From NCBI GenBank assembly GCA_951406725.2, contig OX597826.1, positions 69,254,001-69,318,000 of the forward strand: a DNA stretch of 64,000 nt, written 5' to 3'. Positions within the stretch are counted from its first letter, which is position 1. Each line of letters opens with the position of its first letter. Shown piece by piece: positions 14,331 through 27,291 of this stretch. The notes below the pieces were generated by a model. That model was not told where the DNA came from and ran no database searches. It saw only the letters and a program-made list of their open reading frames with translations. The position numbers were made by a program, and so were the translations under genes. Origin of the DNA: Octopus vulgaris (lineage: Eukaryota).

Positions 14331-15223
14331 GGACATATGTTACACATAAATGTTCTGCAAGGCCAGATAATGACAACAATAACAGCAGTACGTTCCTCAT
14401 GAAATACTTCTTTCTCTCAAAAAGCAAAAACTTGCTTCGTTGTTTGCTATTTCTGCAAATAACTAACCAACGAAGCTTTTTTTTTTGTAAAAAGGCATAT
14501 ATTCATTATCAGGTTCTGCCCATACAGAAATGCAAGGTGTATTCTTACAAAGTTTGCTCACGGTCATAGTACAAGCGCAGCCAGGAATCAATTCACAACA
14601 ACATTCAAGTGATTCTACGTGAATGAAGACAGTCGAAGCCAACCAGCCAAAAGTAAATTTCTTGGTTGTTACGTTTGAATTACACTTGGAGTCAGTTCGA
14701 TAGTTAACTACATAGCTAAATAACATCGATTCCACGTTAACTTGTGTACCTAGGGTCATGAGAGAAATATCTGACTCCAGGCAATTGTCTTCAAATTTGC
14801 GGCGTACTATAGTGCAACCGCTACCTAAAGAAAATTAAATATTCACTCCAGGACAAAGACTGCTGCTACGACGCAGGAATATTATGTGGTAGAACCCACC
14901 ACTCTCAAAATATGCGTTCCAATAATTTCTTACTTTCAGCTTACACGTATTATGGACATAGATGTCAGAAGCTTTTGAACAGCAGCAAGAGAGGGGTGCG
15001 TTTTAGTTATATAGGCGAGATTTCCAGTATCATAACATACCGCAAGGAAGACACAACATGGCAATATGAATAACGAAAAGAAACAACGCTGAAATAAGGC
15101 CCCAGGGAAGACAACAGCCATGAATTGAACATAGGACTAATGTAACATTAATCTAGAATGTTATGTGCATGTGTTTGTGTTTGTGTGTGCGCGCGTGTGT
15201 GTATGTAAGTGAATGTGTGTGTG

Positions 15224-15267
<44 letters not shown>

Positions 15268-15475
15268 GATAAATATCAAAGTGAGTTATATACAGTAGCG
15301 GTAACACATCTTGACGTATTTTTGCCATTTCAATATGGCTAACCCCTAAGGGTGGATGCTACTGTAGTTTTTAGCCCCAGGAGGACACACTCCTCCAGCT
15401 GGCCATAGACACACTATCTGTGTCCTGTCAGTATTTGCAAAGGGAAGTCATCCTTCCCGTCTTCAACTTATGATA

Positions 15476-15520
15476 CACACGGACTCGAGTTTCGAGGTAT
15501 TGACCTCTCGTCAGCGTGTG
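15476..15520 (-). ncRNA. Type-I hammerhead ribozyme (canonical core)
   Basis: Exact reverse complement of 16153-16197. Confidence 0.9.
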
Positions 15521-15829
15521 ACAATCATAGTTGTCGCCGAGAATTAGATTTCCTTCACAAATACTTATACTTTTTCCAGCGCCCACTGTCGCTGATATTG
15601 AAAAAGTGAAATCAAACAATGATAAATATCAAAGTGAGTTATATACAGTAGCGGTAACACATCGTGACGTATTTTTGCCATTTCAATATGGCTAACCCCT
15701 AAGGGTGGATGCTACTGTAGTTTTTAGCCCCAGGAGGACACACTCCTCCAGCTGGCCATAGACACACTATCTGTGTCCTGTCAGTATTTGCAAAGGGAAG
15801 TCATCCTTCCCGTCTTCAAACTTATGATA

Positions 15830-15874
15830 CACACGGACTCGAGTTTCGAGGTATTGACCTCTCGTCAGCGTGTG
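15830..15874 (-). ncRNA. Type-I hammerhead ribozyme (canonical core)
   Basis: Exact reverse complement of 16153-16197, one monomer away from 15476-15520. Confidence 0.9.
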
Positions 15875-16152
15875 ACAATCATAGTTGTCGCCGAGATTTA
15901 GATTTCCTTCACAAATACTTATAGGAGGAGTGTGTCCTCCTGGGGCTAAAAACTACAGTAGCATCCACCCTTAGGGGTTAGCCATATTGAAATGGCAAAA
16001 ATACGTCACGATGTGTTACCGCTACTGTATATAACTCACTTTGATATTTATCATTGTTTGATTTCACTTTTTCAATATCAGCGACAGTGGGCGCTGGAAA
16101 AAGTATAAGTATTTGTGAAGGAAATCTAATTCTCGGCGACAACTATGATTGT

Positions 16153-16197
16153 CACACGCTGACGAGAGGTCAATACCTCGAAACTCGAGTCCGTGTG
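16153..16197 (+). ncRNA. Type-I hammerhead ribozyme (canonical core)
   Basis: CACACG-CUGACGA-GAGGU(CAAU)ACCUC-GAAA-CUCGAG-U-C^-CGUGUG: 6-bp stem I, 5-bp stem II, palindromic stem III ACUCGAGU, GUC triplet, predicted cleavage after 16191. Confidence 0.92.
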
Positions 16198-16357
16198 TAT
16201 CATAAGTTGAAGACGGGAATGATGACTTCCTTTGCAAATACTGACAGGACACAGATAGTGTGTCTATGGTCAGCTGGAGGAGTGTGTCCTCCTGGGGCTA
16301 AAAACTACAGTAGCATCCACCCTTAGGGGTTAGCCATATTGAAATGGCAAAAATACG

Positions 16358-16414
<57 letters not shown>

Positions 16415-18020
16415 GAAAGCAAATTCTAAATACTCCTGCATCAACCTATTATCTCATTTTATCAGCACTTCTTGGAAGAAGCCATAGTACTCGCCAAAGT
16501 TTTTAGACTTTAAAAAGAAATGGAATATATACAAATATTATATGCAAAAATGTAGGCAGAACACAAGCATACTAAAGTATCTCTTAAGTCTCTGATATCA
16601 GCCTTTACAGTCATTCTAAATCACCTGTCACTTCACTCTAATCCTAAATATAAGACCTGAGATAGTTTCAGCTTGCCAACATGTAACAAAGACACTACTC
16701 TTATCTACTAAGCACTCACTTATCTGACAAAAGTAAAGGACATTTCTACTAAGTCGTCCAGACACGTAACTAATTTCACATGTGCAGCTATATCATCTGC
16801 AAAACAACCACACACATGATTAGACTGAAAGCAGAGACACCTAAAAGCTGTGTAAAAGACAGATATAATCGACAACGCAAGCAGCCAAATGACCAACCAC
16901 AACGCCATCACACAACCAATCAAAAGCCGTCTCTTGACTGCTCTTCCATTTCCATTATTTCTGATGCACCGACGAGTACGGTTGATGTCAGCCAATCAGT
17001 CAACAAGAAACTATAAGGTGTGAAGAAATAATCTACTTTACTAATAGTGATGAGTGTGTGTATGTGTATGTGTGTGTATGTGTGTGTACGTGCGTATCTG
17101 TGTCTGTGTATGTATCATTCATTAGTGTGGCTGGGTGTGTTTGTTAATAAGATCAAATTGATTCACAATTTAAATAAAGAAACCAGAGCGATTAAAGGTA
17201 AAATATTTTATATTGATTTAGATACAGTTTATAATTTGCAAGATTTTAGTCATTTATTTATTTATTTATTTATTTATTCATTATGTAATTATGAACTTAT
17301 CGGAACTATAGTTTCAAAAATGGAAGCATTTATATTATATTATTGAAGTTCTCTATAGATTAGAAGAAGAACAACAACAACAACGACAGCAGCAAACAAC
17401 GACGATAGGAGAGGTACTGGACGGTATACATATGGGTGGAGCTAGACCAAAAGTTGTAATTAAATAAAAAATATCGAAAATTAAATTAAATTTAGAAAAC
17501 AGCTACTTAAATGGACAACATCGACAGTCTATAGAAATTTCTATGTATGATCCATTATAGTTGTAAACAAAGCGTTGTGAAAGTAATTAATTGGGCGTTA
17601 TCTATTATAATAAATAATATAAAAAGCTGTGATAATGTCTGGAGGATGAATACGGCATGATTATAAAAAAGTTATCTATTTAGTTTATATCTACCATTAA
17701 GAAGTGTTTAAAATTTTTTTATAAATAAATAAAAAGTAATTCTGGAGAGATGGGAAGTTGTATGTATGTAATCAATAAGAAATGAATAAGGTAGGGTAGA
17801 AGGATGGATGGTTGGACGGTCGGATATCTTGGATGTAATGAGTAGGTTAAAACATTAATTTTTATCAAAATAATGATTAAGAATCAATGAAGCGATGAAA
17901 GAAGAGGTTAAATAGAATACAATGCGAACAAAAGAACACAAGGCTAAAAAATTACGTATCTTTATCATAAATCCTCCTCTGAAAGCTTGTGCTATATTCA
18001 GAAGCTATCAGGGTAGAAAC

Positions 18021-18780
18021 ATTAGCACACTGGGGTCGATCTAATCGACTTAATCCCTTTATCTGTCCTTGTTTGTCCCCTCTATGTTTAGCCCCTTGTG
18101 TGTAATAAAGAAATAAGAAACGTTAGCACTCAAGGCGAAATGCTTAGCGGCATTTCGTCTGTCTTTATGTTCTGAGTTCAAATTCCGCCGAGGTTGACTT
18201 TGCCTTTCGTCCTTTCGGGGTCGATGAATTAAGTACCAGTTACGCACTAGAGTCGATGTAATCGATTTAATCCCTTTGTCTGTCTTTGTTTGTCCTCTCT
18301 GTGTTTAGCCCCTTGTGGGTAGTAAAGAAATAGGTATTTCGCCTATCGCTATGTTCTGAGTTCAAATTCCGCCGAGGCCATCTTTGCCTTTTATCCTTTC
18401 GGGGTCGATAAGTAAAGTACCAGTTGCGTACTGGGATCAATCTAATTGCCTCCCTATCCCCCAAAATTCCGAGCCTTGTGTCATGAGCAGAAAGGAATCG
18501 TTATCGCTTAGCGGCACTTCGTCCGTCTTTAAGTTCTGAGTTCAAATACCACCGAAAGACAACAGCTTCGCTTTGCATACTTTCGGGGTCGATAATCCAA
18601 ATAACAGTTGAGGACTGGGATCACTGCAATCGACTTACACCCACCCCTAAAATTGCTGCCAGTCTGCCAAACTCTGAAGCAAATATATTTAATAAGTACA
18701 AACTGAATACTGGTGCCCATGTAATCGACTTCGTCCCTCACCCGAAATTTCTGGCCTTGTGCCAAGATTTGAAACGAATA
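18021..18780 (+). mobile_element. SINE family C cluster (partial tandem units)
   Basis: Repeated ttctgagttcaaattccgccgagg...cctttcggggtcgat. Confidence 0.85.
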
Positions 18781-19099
18781 TCTTCATAAGCTATCCCATC
18801 ACCACTGGAATATGATCAATAAGTTAGTGAAAATAATGTGCTAACACAAAAAAAAATTTTGAATTGTTTTTCCGAATAAAATATTGATGCTTTCTTAAAG
18901 GTGGTTTTAAAAACAAAATTTTTATATAGAGCCTAAACTCAGAAGCTGTTTAAATTTCCACATGCAGAAAACAAGAGAATTTAGTTGAACTTTGCTGTCG
19001 GTCCAACATAAGCTATATCAATAATTAAATTACATAGGAGAAATTTACCTCCTTAGCATAACAAATTCGATAGTATTTGTAACAAAAGATTATTACTCA

Positions 19100-19512
19100 G
19101 GGCGATGAGGTGGCAGAAACGTTAGCACGCCGGGCGAGATGCTAAGCGGTATTTCGTATATCTGAACGTTCTGAGTTCAAATTCCGCCAAGGTCGACTTT
19201 CCCTTTCATCTTTTCGGGTCAATAAATCAAGTATCAGTTAAGCACTGGGGTCGATGTAATCGACTTAATCCTTTTGTCTGTCCTTGTTTGTCCGTATGTA
19301 CGTATGTGTGTGTGTGTTTGTGTGTGTGTGTTTGTTCCCCCAACATCACTTGACAACCGATGCTGGTATTCTTACATCCCCGTCACTTAGTGGTTCGGCA
19401 AAAGAGACCGATAGAATAAGTACTAGGCTGACAAAGAATAAGTCCTACTTGCTCGACTAAAGGCGGTGCTCCAGCATGGCCGCAGGCAAATAACTGAAAC
19501 AAATAAAAGAAT
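19100..19512 (+). mobile_element. Chimeric SINE: family C 5' part joined to family B 3' half
   Basis: ggcgatgaggtggcagaaacgttagcacg head; switches at ~19295-19340 to cttgacaaccgatgctgg...ctccagcatggccgcag. Confidence 0.75.
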
Positions 19513-19534
19513 AGTAAAAAAAATATAAATCAAC

Positions 19535-19711
19535 TAAGATCGCTCCGAACCACCTTTCCTGAAAAATCCTGAATGAAGGCGCACCTGTATGTTAGCCTTC
19601 CGGAAATGCAAATAGTCTGTGCAGCAGAAATCCGTGCCAAGCAGCTCTACTCTTCGTGCTTTAACTTCGGTACTATAACAACAGTCCGGATACTTATTGA
19701 TCAGACCACGT
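19535..19711 (-). mobile_element. Possible Tc1/mariner terminal fragment
   Basis: Minus strand TA-CGTGGTCTGATCAATAAGTATCCGGACTG resembles mariner-type TIRs; no partner TIR seen. Confidence 0.4.
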
Positions 19712-19790
19712 ATATACACACAAACGGATACATACATGCACATGTGTGTGTGTGTGCTTGTTATTTTTGTAGCAGGTATCGAAGCCATTT

Positions 19791-21143
19791 ATTATTTCTT
19801 TACTACCCACAAGGGGCTAAACACAGAGGGGACAAACAAGGTCATACAAACGGATTAAGTCGATTAGATCGACCCCAGTGCGTAACTGGTACTTAATTTA
19901 ATCGACCCCGAAAGGATGAAAGGCGAAGTCGGCCTCGGCGGAATTTGAACTCAGAACGTAACGGCAGACGAAATACCTATTTATTTACTACCCACAAGGG
20001 GCTAAACACAGAGAGGACAAACAAGGACAGACAAACGGATTAAGTCGATTATATCGACCCCAGTACGTAACTGGTACTTATTTAATCGACCCCGAAAGGA
20101 TGAAAGGCGAAGTCGGCCTCGGCGGAATTTGAACTCAGAACGTAACGGCAGACGAAATACCTATTTATTTACTACCCACAAGGGGCTAAACACAGAGGGG
20201 ACAAACAAGGACAGACAAACGGATTAAGTCGATTAGATCGACCCCAGTACGTAACTGGTACTTATTTAACCGACCCCGAAAGGATGAAAGGCGAAGTCGG
20301 CCTCGGCGGAATTTGAACTCAGAACGTAACGACAGACGAAATACCTATTTATTTACTACCCACAAGGGGCTAAACACAGAGGGGACAAACAAGTACAGAC
20401 AAACGGATTAAGTCGATTAGATCACGAACCTCAGTCGAACGGTACTTATTGAATCGACCCCGAAAGGATGAAAGGCGAAGTCGGCCTCGGCGGAATTTGA
20501 ACTCAGAACGTAACGGCAGACGAAATACCTATTTATTTACTACCCACAAGGGGCTAAACACAGAGGGGACAAACAAGGACAGACAAACGGATTAAGTCGA
20601 TTATATCGACCCCAGTACGTAACTGGTACTTATTTAATCGACCCCGAAAGGATGACAGGGGAAGTCGGCCTCGGCGGGATTTGAACTCAGAACGTAACGA
20701 CAGACGAAATACCTATTTATTTACTACCCACAAGGGGCTAAACACAGAGAGGACAAACAAGGACAGACAAACGGATTAAGTTGATTATATCGACCCCAGT
20801 GCGCAACTGATACTTATTTAATCGACCCCGAAAGGATGAAAGGCAAAGTCCGCCTCGGCGGAATTTGAACTCCGAACGTAACCGCAGACGAAATACTTAT
20901 GTCTTTACTACCCACAAGGGGCTAAACACAGAGAGGACAAACAAGGACAGACAAACGGATTAAATCGATTATATCGACCCTAGTGCGTAACTGGTACTTA
21001 ATTTAATCGACTCCGAATGGATGAAAGGCAAAGTCGACCTCGGCGGAATTTGAACTCAGGACGTAGCGGCAGACGAAAGCATTTAGTAACGGCAGACTAA
21101 GCATTTCGCTCGGCGTGCTAACGTATCTGCCAGCTCGCCGCCT
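19791..21143 (-). repeat. SINE family C with its body amplified as a 7 x 184-bp tandem array
   Basis: tactacccacaagggg starts at 19801, 19986, 20170, 20354, 20538, 20722 and 20906; single tRNA-like head GGCGGCGAGCTGGCAG at ~21143 on the minus strand. Confidence 0.95.
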
Positions 21144-22091
21144 TTAACCGCACCCATCTATAATATTCAACATGAATGTATCTATGCATGTACATATACT
21201 TTTAAACTGAATGTGTGCTTCTATCTGAAATGAAAACGTAATTACATCACAAACTTTATTATATAATGCTCCACATATTTTTGTGCGATTATTTTCACAC
21301 GTTTTCACACATATGTTACTACACGCGTAAGTGTCACTCTATCTCTGCCAGTGTATACTTGCTTAAGCATTTTTATATCTTTATATATCGCATTTGCAGA
21401 TAACAGAGAAACAAAGAAGCCAGCTAACGTTTATTGAAAATTCCTACTCAAAAATATTTTTGCAAAAATATATATTTTCAGGTAACCATAAAAACGCTTG
21501 AACATTTATCAAAATATATCATACGTTTAAAGGATGATAATATTAAAAACTTTAAAATCAGCTTGTCTAATAAAGATCACGCTTCTTCCTTGTTATTAAT
21601 TCTTCAATATTGGACGTTTTCTGACGGAGAAGTCAACCTTTTTTTCTGTAGCCTTTTGTAAATCTCTATATAAGATAAGAATTGGTGAATTCCATAGACA
21701 ATTTCATCGCTATTTATTGAGTAAAACCTTCGTAACAAATGGCTGAAATCTTATATTTGCTTCATTACGTATTTGCTATGGATTGAATAATGTCGTTATT
21801 TATTCATACAAGCACTTCTTTCTTCGATAGCATGAATGCAGCATGGCTTACGTGTGATTAATACATATGATACTAAAGACATGGAACTTCCTTTGGCTTC
21901 TCCATGTGAGTAGATTAAACGCCTCCATGTATGGGAATTATTTTCTAAGAGTTGTTACGCAAAAAAACGAAGACATACGTGTACTAAGAGCTAATCATAA
22001 CGGGAAAGGATTGAAAACTACTATTTTGCCTGTATATTCTATTACAACAGAGGTTTGACTGTTGATCGTTTGAATAATCGGCAACGTGAAA

Positions 22092-22440
22092 CTCTTTTAC
22101 TCTTTTACTTGTTTCAGTCATTTGACTGTGGCCATGCTGGAGCACCACTTTGATTCTGAAGCAAGATGTGTTTTTGGATGGGGTGGCATGTGATACACAT
22201 ATATTCATTTTATACTTGTTTCAATCCCTTGACTGCGGCCAGGCTGGAGCACCGCCTCAAAGAGTTTCTTTTTAATCGAAGGAATCGAACCCAGGACTTC
22301 TCCTTTGTAAGCCTAGTACCTATTCTATCGGTCTCTTCTGCTGAAAAGCTAAGATACGGGAAGGTAAACACTCCAACATCAGTTGCCAAGTGGTGATGTG
22401 TGCATTTGTATAATATATAGGAAGACACACAGACAGACAA
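22092..22440 (-). mobile_element. SINE family B, 3' portion with duplicated tail
   Basis: ctcttttacttgtttcagtcatttgactgtggccatgctggagcacc occurs twice (the second copy diverged), followed by ttgtaagcctagtacctattctatcggtctc. Confidence 0.8.
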
Positions 22441-22769
22441 GCAGATAGATACATATATATTATATATAAATAAATATGTACTCACATATAAGTGGTGATG
22501 TATATAAATGCATATATATAAACATACATATATATATATAATAGAAATATTAAAATTACTAAGTCTCTCTAAAAGAGAACAACGGCAGCGTTCCCGGAAA
22601 ATAATAGTTATTGCCATACTAATATGGCATTCTTATAAAAATAAGAATAAAGCTGTCCGCTTATTAGCTCCATAAGGCCATCGCCTTAAGTTAGCTATTT
22701 GATACACAAACTCTATCCATATAACCTTCGAACAAGGGAGGTCAGTCGCTCCACAGTACTTGACCGGCA

Positions 22770-22811
22770 GCTACAGACGCGTTTCGGGGTATTGCCCCTT
22801 TTCAATGTAGC
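22770..22811 (-). ncRNA. Minimal type-I hammerhead ribozyme, U3-A8 variant
   Basis: Exact reverse complement of 23165-23206. Confidence 0.85.
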
Positions 22812-23164
22812 GTAGCCAGACCAGTAGGTGTCGCTTCTGACAATCTCTGTTCGAAGGTTTTATTTACCTAGCTTGTTTACCTTGTTTTCAATAATAGAAA
22901 TATTAAAATTACTAAGTCTCTCTAAAAGAGAACAACGGCAGCGTTCCCGGAAAATAATAGTTATCACCATACTAATATGGCATTCTTATAAAAATAAGAA
23001 TAAAGCTGTCCGCTTATTAGCTCCATGCCGTTGTTCTCTTTTAGAGAGACTTAGTAATTTTAATATTTCTATTATTGAAAACAAGTGGATGTATTCCACC
23101 GAAGCTAGGTAAATAAAACCTTCGAAAAGAGATTGTCAGAAGCGACACCTACTGGTCTGGCTAC

Positions 23165-23206
23165 GCTACATTGAAAAGGGGCAATACCCCGAAACGCGTC
23201 TGTAGC
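23165..23206 (+). ncRNA. Minimal type-I hammerhead ribozyme, U3-A8 variant
   Basis: GCUACA-UUGAAAA-GGGG(CAAUA)CCCC-GAAA-CGCG-U-C^-UGUAGC: 6-bp stem I, 4-bp stem II, palindromic ACGCGU stem III, GUC triplet, predicted cleavage after 23200. Confidence 0.87.
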
Positions 23207-23369
23207 TGCCGGTCAAGTAGTGTGGAGCGACTGACCTCCCTTGTTCGAAGGTTATATGGATACGGTTTGTGTATCAAATAGCTAACTTAAGGCGATGGCC
23301 TCATGGAGCTAATAAGCGGACAGCTTTATTCTTATTTTTATAAGAATGCCATATTAGTATGGCGATAAC

Positions 23370-23406
<37 letters not shown>

Positions 23407-23415
23407 CGCTTGGTA

Positions 23416-24256
23416 TCTCTCTATGTATGAACGGTAGTTTGTCTGTCTGTGTGTCTGTGTGTATGTCAGGTTGTACCCTCACCCTGACCACGGCTTTCAA
23501 CCGATTCTGATGAAACTTGACACACACACATAGCCCAATGTCATAATTCAAAACTAACGCAGCGAAAATTTTGAAAAGTTCCCCCAGTTCTGAAAAAAAT
23601 TGATAAATTCGACATGGGGTCGAGAATCTAAGCTTCTTATATGCAACACATTTTCTGTTGTAGTTTTCGCAACTTGCAATCGATTTTCACCAAACTCATG
23701 GTGAGGCTTAATATTACCCTAAGAAACTTAATTCTGACGTTAGTTTTCCATGCAATACCTTACCATCAGAAAAAATCGATAAAATCATGCCATTTTGGCA
23801 AATCGCGTTCAAATTCAAGATGACATATTTTCGACAATATCTTTCACATATTGGCAGGACTTTTTTTTTTTAATTCACAGCGAGCATCATGTCTGCTCCA
23901 AGGAGCTATATGGCCCTTTTTCTCCAATAGGATACTTTATTACTGGAAAAATCGGTTAATTAAATCATATGTGGCACACATAGCAAACCAATTTGTGCAT
24001 TAAACACAAACCACAGACTGTCTAGGGGACGCAACTCAACCTTTTTAACTCTCTTGGGAGGCGCAATGATGCTTTCATGTTTTCGCCCAAAGGGACAGCT
24101 AGGAACATCGTATACACAGAAGTATTCGAGTGAAGAGAAGACATTGCAACCTACACATGCGCCTTCGTTCCCTAGGGGGAAAGGACTAGATTGGGATTAG
24201 TCGTTGCCTACTAGGGGGCTCTTACATACCCGGGCAACGCCGGGCTATGCTGCTAG
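23416..24256 (+). mobile_element. Non-autonomous Helitron-like element
   Basis: A|TC start, 3' CCCGGGCAACGCCGGG hairpin then CTAG|T; 5' part shared with 36755-37135. Confidence 0.75.
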
Positions 24257-24527
24257 TATATATATATAAAATGTATTTATTTTTCGAAGGCCCGATAAAC
24301 GAAGAGATGGCAGCGTGGGTTTCCGCCCCAACATCCAAAACTCAAGAGTTTTATCATGACTACTGAATGATTGTCACATATTATATTTACAGATAAATTC
24401 CTCTATTTACATAATATCGGGGTCTCTTTCATTCTTTTTGTTGTCTTACCATTTCTACTTCTTTCAATACATATATATATAGTATGTATATATATATATT
24501 TATTGTATATATATATATATGTTTTTT

Positions 24528-24815
24528 TCGTGACTGACCAGACCATCAGATGTTGTTACACATCGCTGGTCACAATGCGTTCGCATTGTTTTAGCCTTTG
24601 AATGACGCCACCCCACTGGCTAAGCGAGCAGGCCAACAGAAGAAAGAGTGGTGAAAGAGTACAGCAGGGATCACCACCCCCCTGCCGGAACGTCGAGGAA
24701 CTTTTTTAGGTGTTTTCGCTCAATAACACTCACAACGCCCGGTCTGGGAATCGAAACCGCGATCCTACGACCGCGAGTCCGCTGCCCGCCCTAACCACTG
24801 GGCCATTCCGCCTCC
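24528..24815 (-). mobile_element. SINE family A head with tail type 3
   Basis: Same head as 7107-7484 but 3' part is cttagccagtggggtggcgtcattc...gtcagtcac; matches 37335-37648. Confidence 0.85.
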
Positions 24816-24839
24816 AGTCACATTTAAAGGAATCTATTG

Positions 24840-24874
<35 letters not shown>

Positions 24875-25154
24875 TGTGTGTGTGTACATACAAATGCACA
24901 CACATATATATACATACAAGTATGCACATAGGTGCAGGCATATCCATGTGTTATGCGTATAACTAGATATATATTCAGCAAAGAGATGCTAATGAGAAAA
25001 GTGAACAAAGAGAGTAAGTATTTAATGAAACCCGTTTAGAACATATTCCCATAAATTACAATTTCATAAAATGTTTTATTTAAATTTTCTTTTTCCCTGC
25101 ATTTATGAATTTGCTAAACCCACACACACACAAACAAACACGCATGTATGTGTG

Positions 25155-25192
<38 letters not shown>

Positions 25193-25218
25193 TATATATA
25201 TACATATATGTAAGTATG

Positions 25219-25271
<53 letters not shown>

Positions 25272-25530
25272 GAATGTCCTTGTCTGAGTGATAGGACGAC
25301 ATCACATGCACAAAATGTATATAGGTTAATTCTATCAACACCCATTATTGAATAATATACACTTTACATTCATTTGAAGAATGCTGTCAGCAATCTACAC
25401 ACCTACACATACCGACGTTCATATGCTTCTAAATATTTGTGGTTGTTTGTTTGTGCACATTCGTGATTCTGTGTGTCTGTCTGTTCACTGCGAACGTCTA
25501 TATACACACACACACATTATGTATATATAT

Positions 25531-25602
<72 letters not shown>

Positions 25603-25642
25603 GTATGTTTGTATGTATGTATATGTATATATATGTTATATA

Positions 25643-25693
<51 letters not shown>

Positions 25694-26108
25694 GGCGTAG
25701 GAGTGGATGTGTGGTAAGTACCTTGCTTACCAACCACATGGTTCAAGGTTTAGTCCCACTGCATGGCACCTTGGGCAAGGTGTCTTCTACCATAGCCTCG
25801 GGTCGACCAAATCCTTGTCAGTGGATTTGGTAGACAGAACCTGAAAGAAGCCCGTCGTATATATGTATATATTTATGTATGTGTGTGTGTGTGTGTGTAT
25901 GTTTGTGTGCCTGTGTTTGTCCCCCCAACATCGCTTGACAACCGATACTGGTGTGTTTACATCCCCATAACCTAGCGATTCGGCAAAAAGAGACCGATAG
26001 AATAAGTACTAGGATTACAAAGAATAAGTCCTGGGTTCGATTTGCTTGACTAAAAACGGTGCTCCAGCATGGCCACAGTCAAAACACTGAAACAAGGAAA
26101 AGAGTAAA
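25694..26108 (+). mobile_element. Full-length SINE family B
   Basis: ggcgtaggagtggatgtgtggtaag head, internal TA/TG tract, tail ccagcatggccacagtcaaa...aaagagtaaa. Confidence 0.9.
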
Positions 26109-26504
26109 TCATCTGTATGTATATACATGCGTGTGTATATAGATATTTATATACGCGTGTGTGTTTCAGTGTATGTGTGTGTATTTATATATGTATATAT
26201 CTATATTGGTATGTGTCCGTGAGCATAAATCATATTTCAAGTAGGCCATGCACTCCATGTCATATATGTTCATGGTTAATAATAGCTTCCTTTGTTAGTT
26301 TCTTTCTTTCTAAATGCTCTTTTGGTAGCTGAGTGGTTAAATCAACGCAGCGAAAGCATTCAACATTTTGTTCAAGATCTTTATGTCCTCAGTTCAAATT
26401 ACTGACGAGGTAAAATACTGGCCATTATGCTTTGAGTCGGTAAAAATAAAAGACATTCAAATATGAGCTCGATTTTTTCGCCTTTTTTGACTCACATACG
26501 TACG

Positions 26505-26722
26505 CGCAAAGGAGGAAGAGAGTAAGGAGACAAGGAGAGCAAATTAGGAGGAGTGTAAGGAGAGATGGAGAGCAAAAGAGGAAGGGTAAAGACAGATGGA
26601 GAGCAGAGGAGGAAGAGAGTAAGGAGACATGGAGAGCAAAAGAGGAAGAGGAAGAAGAGCAAAAGGGGATGACAGATGGAGGGCAAAGGAGGAAGAGAGT
26701 AAGAAGAGGGAGAGAGGGAGAG
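26505..26722 (+). repeat. ~30-33-bp purine minisatellite (GGAGGAAGAGAGTAAGGAGAGATGGAGAGCAAA)n
   Basis: Direct reading; the same unit occurs inverted at 29522-29846. Confidence 0.8.
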
Positions 26723-27083
26723 AGATCCTTCGACTATCGCGGTGGTTAGGTTCTAAAACCCTCCATGATTGGTGAAGTAGAAATAGTACTGTACTGCATA
26801 TTTTTTTTGATTATTTTTATAAGTTGTATATATCTATTTAATTATACATGCAAGACAACACCACGGAGGAATCGACGTAAGCTGAAATAGTAAACATCGA
26901 ACTCATAGCACTGACAGCCGGAACGAATAGCAGAGGCTAGCAGTTAGTTTTACGTCCTAAATTGTATATCACAAGATTTCGTGAACGACCAGACTATCGG
27001 ATATTGTTACACATCCGATATTTATGTGTGTGTTTGTGTTTGTGTTTGTGAACTTATTATATATCTGTGTGTGTGTGTATGTA

Positions 27084-27177
<94 letters not shown>

Positions 27178-27291
27178 GTGCAATAAATAAAATATATGCA
27201 TGCATACAAACATATATGTACGTACCTACATCTACATGTATATATACATGCATATATAAACATATATACGTGTGTACAGGATACCACATAT

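Larger units (their letters stand above)
15265..16360. mobile_element. Retrozyme/Penelope-pLTR-like element: 353-bp monomer x1.9 followed by an inverted x1.2, inside (TA)n
   Basis: aatgataaatatcaaag recurs at 15265 and 15618 (period 353); inversion starts at 15924; each monomer carries a canonical HHR; long TA tracts on both sides. Confidence 0.85.
22540..23375. mobile_element. Retrozyme/Penelope-pLTR-like element: ~353-363-bp monomer x1.4 followed by an inverted x1.0, inside (TA)n
   Basis: aatagaaatattaaaattac recurs at 22540 and 22893; inversion starts at 23026; U3-A8 HHR in both arms; TA tracts on both sides. Confidence 0.85.

Noticed and set aside
15428-16326. Repeated ORF MFDFTFSISATVGAGKS... 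with a P-loop-like GAGKS
   Set aside because: Short, TTG-started, frameshifted between copies and overlapping the hammerhead; most likely chance.
19791-21143. Regular array that could be mistaken for CRISPR
   Set aside because: Units are whole 184-bp repeats with no unique spacers, are SINE-derived, and no cas genes are present.
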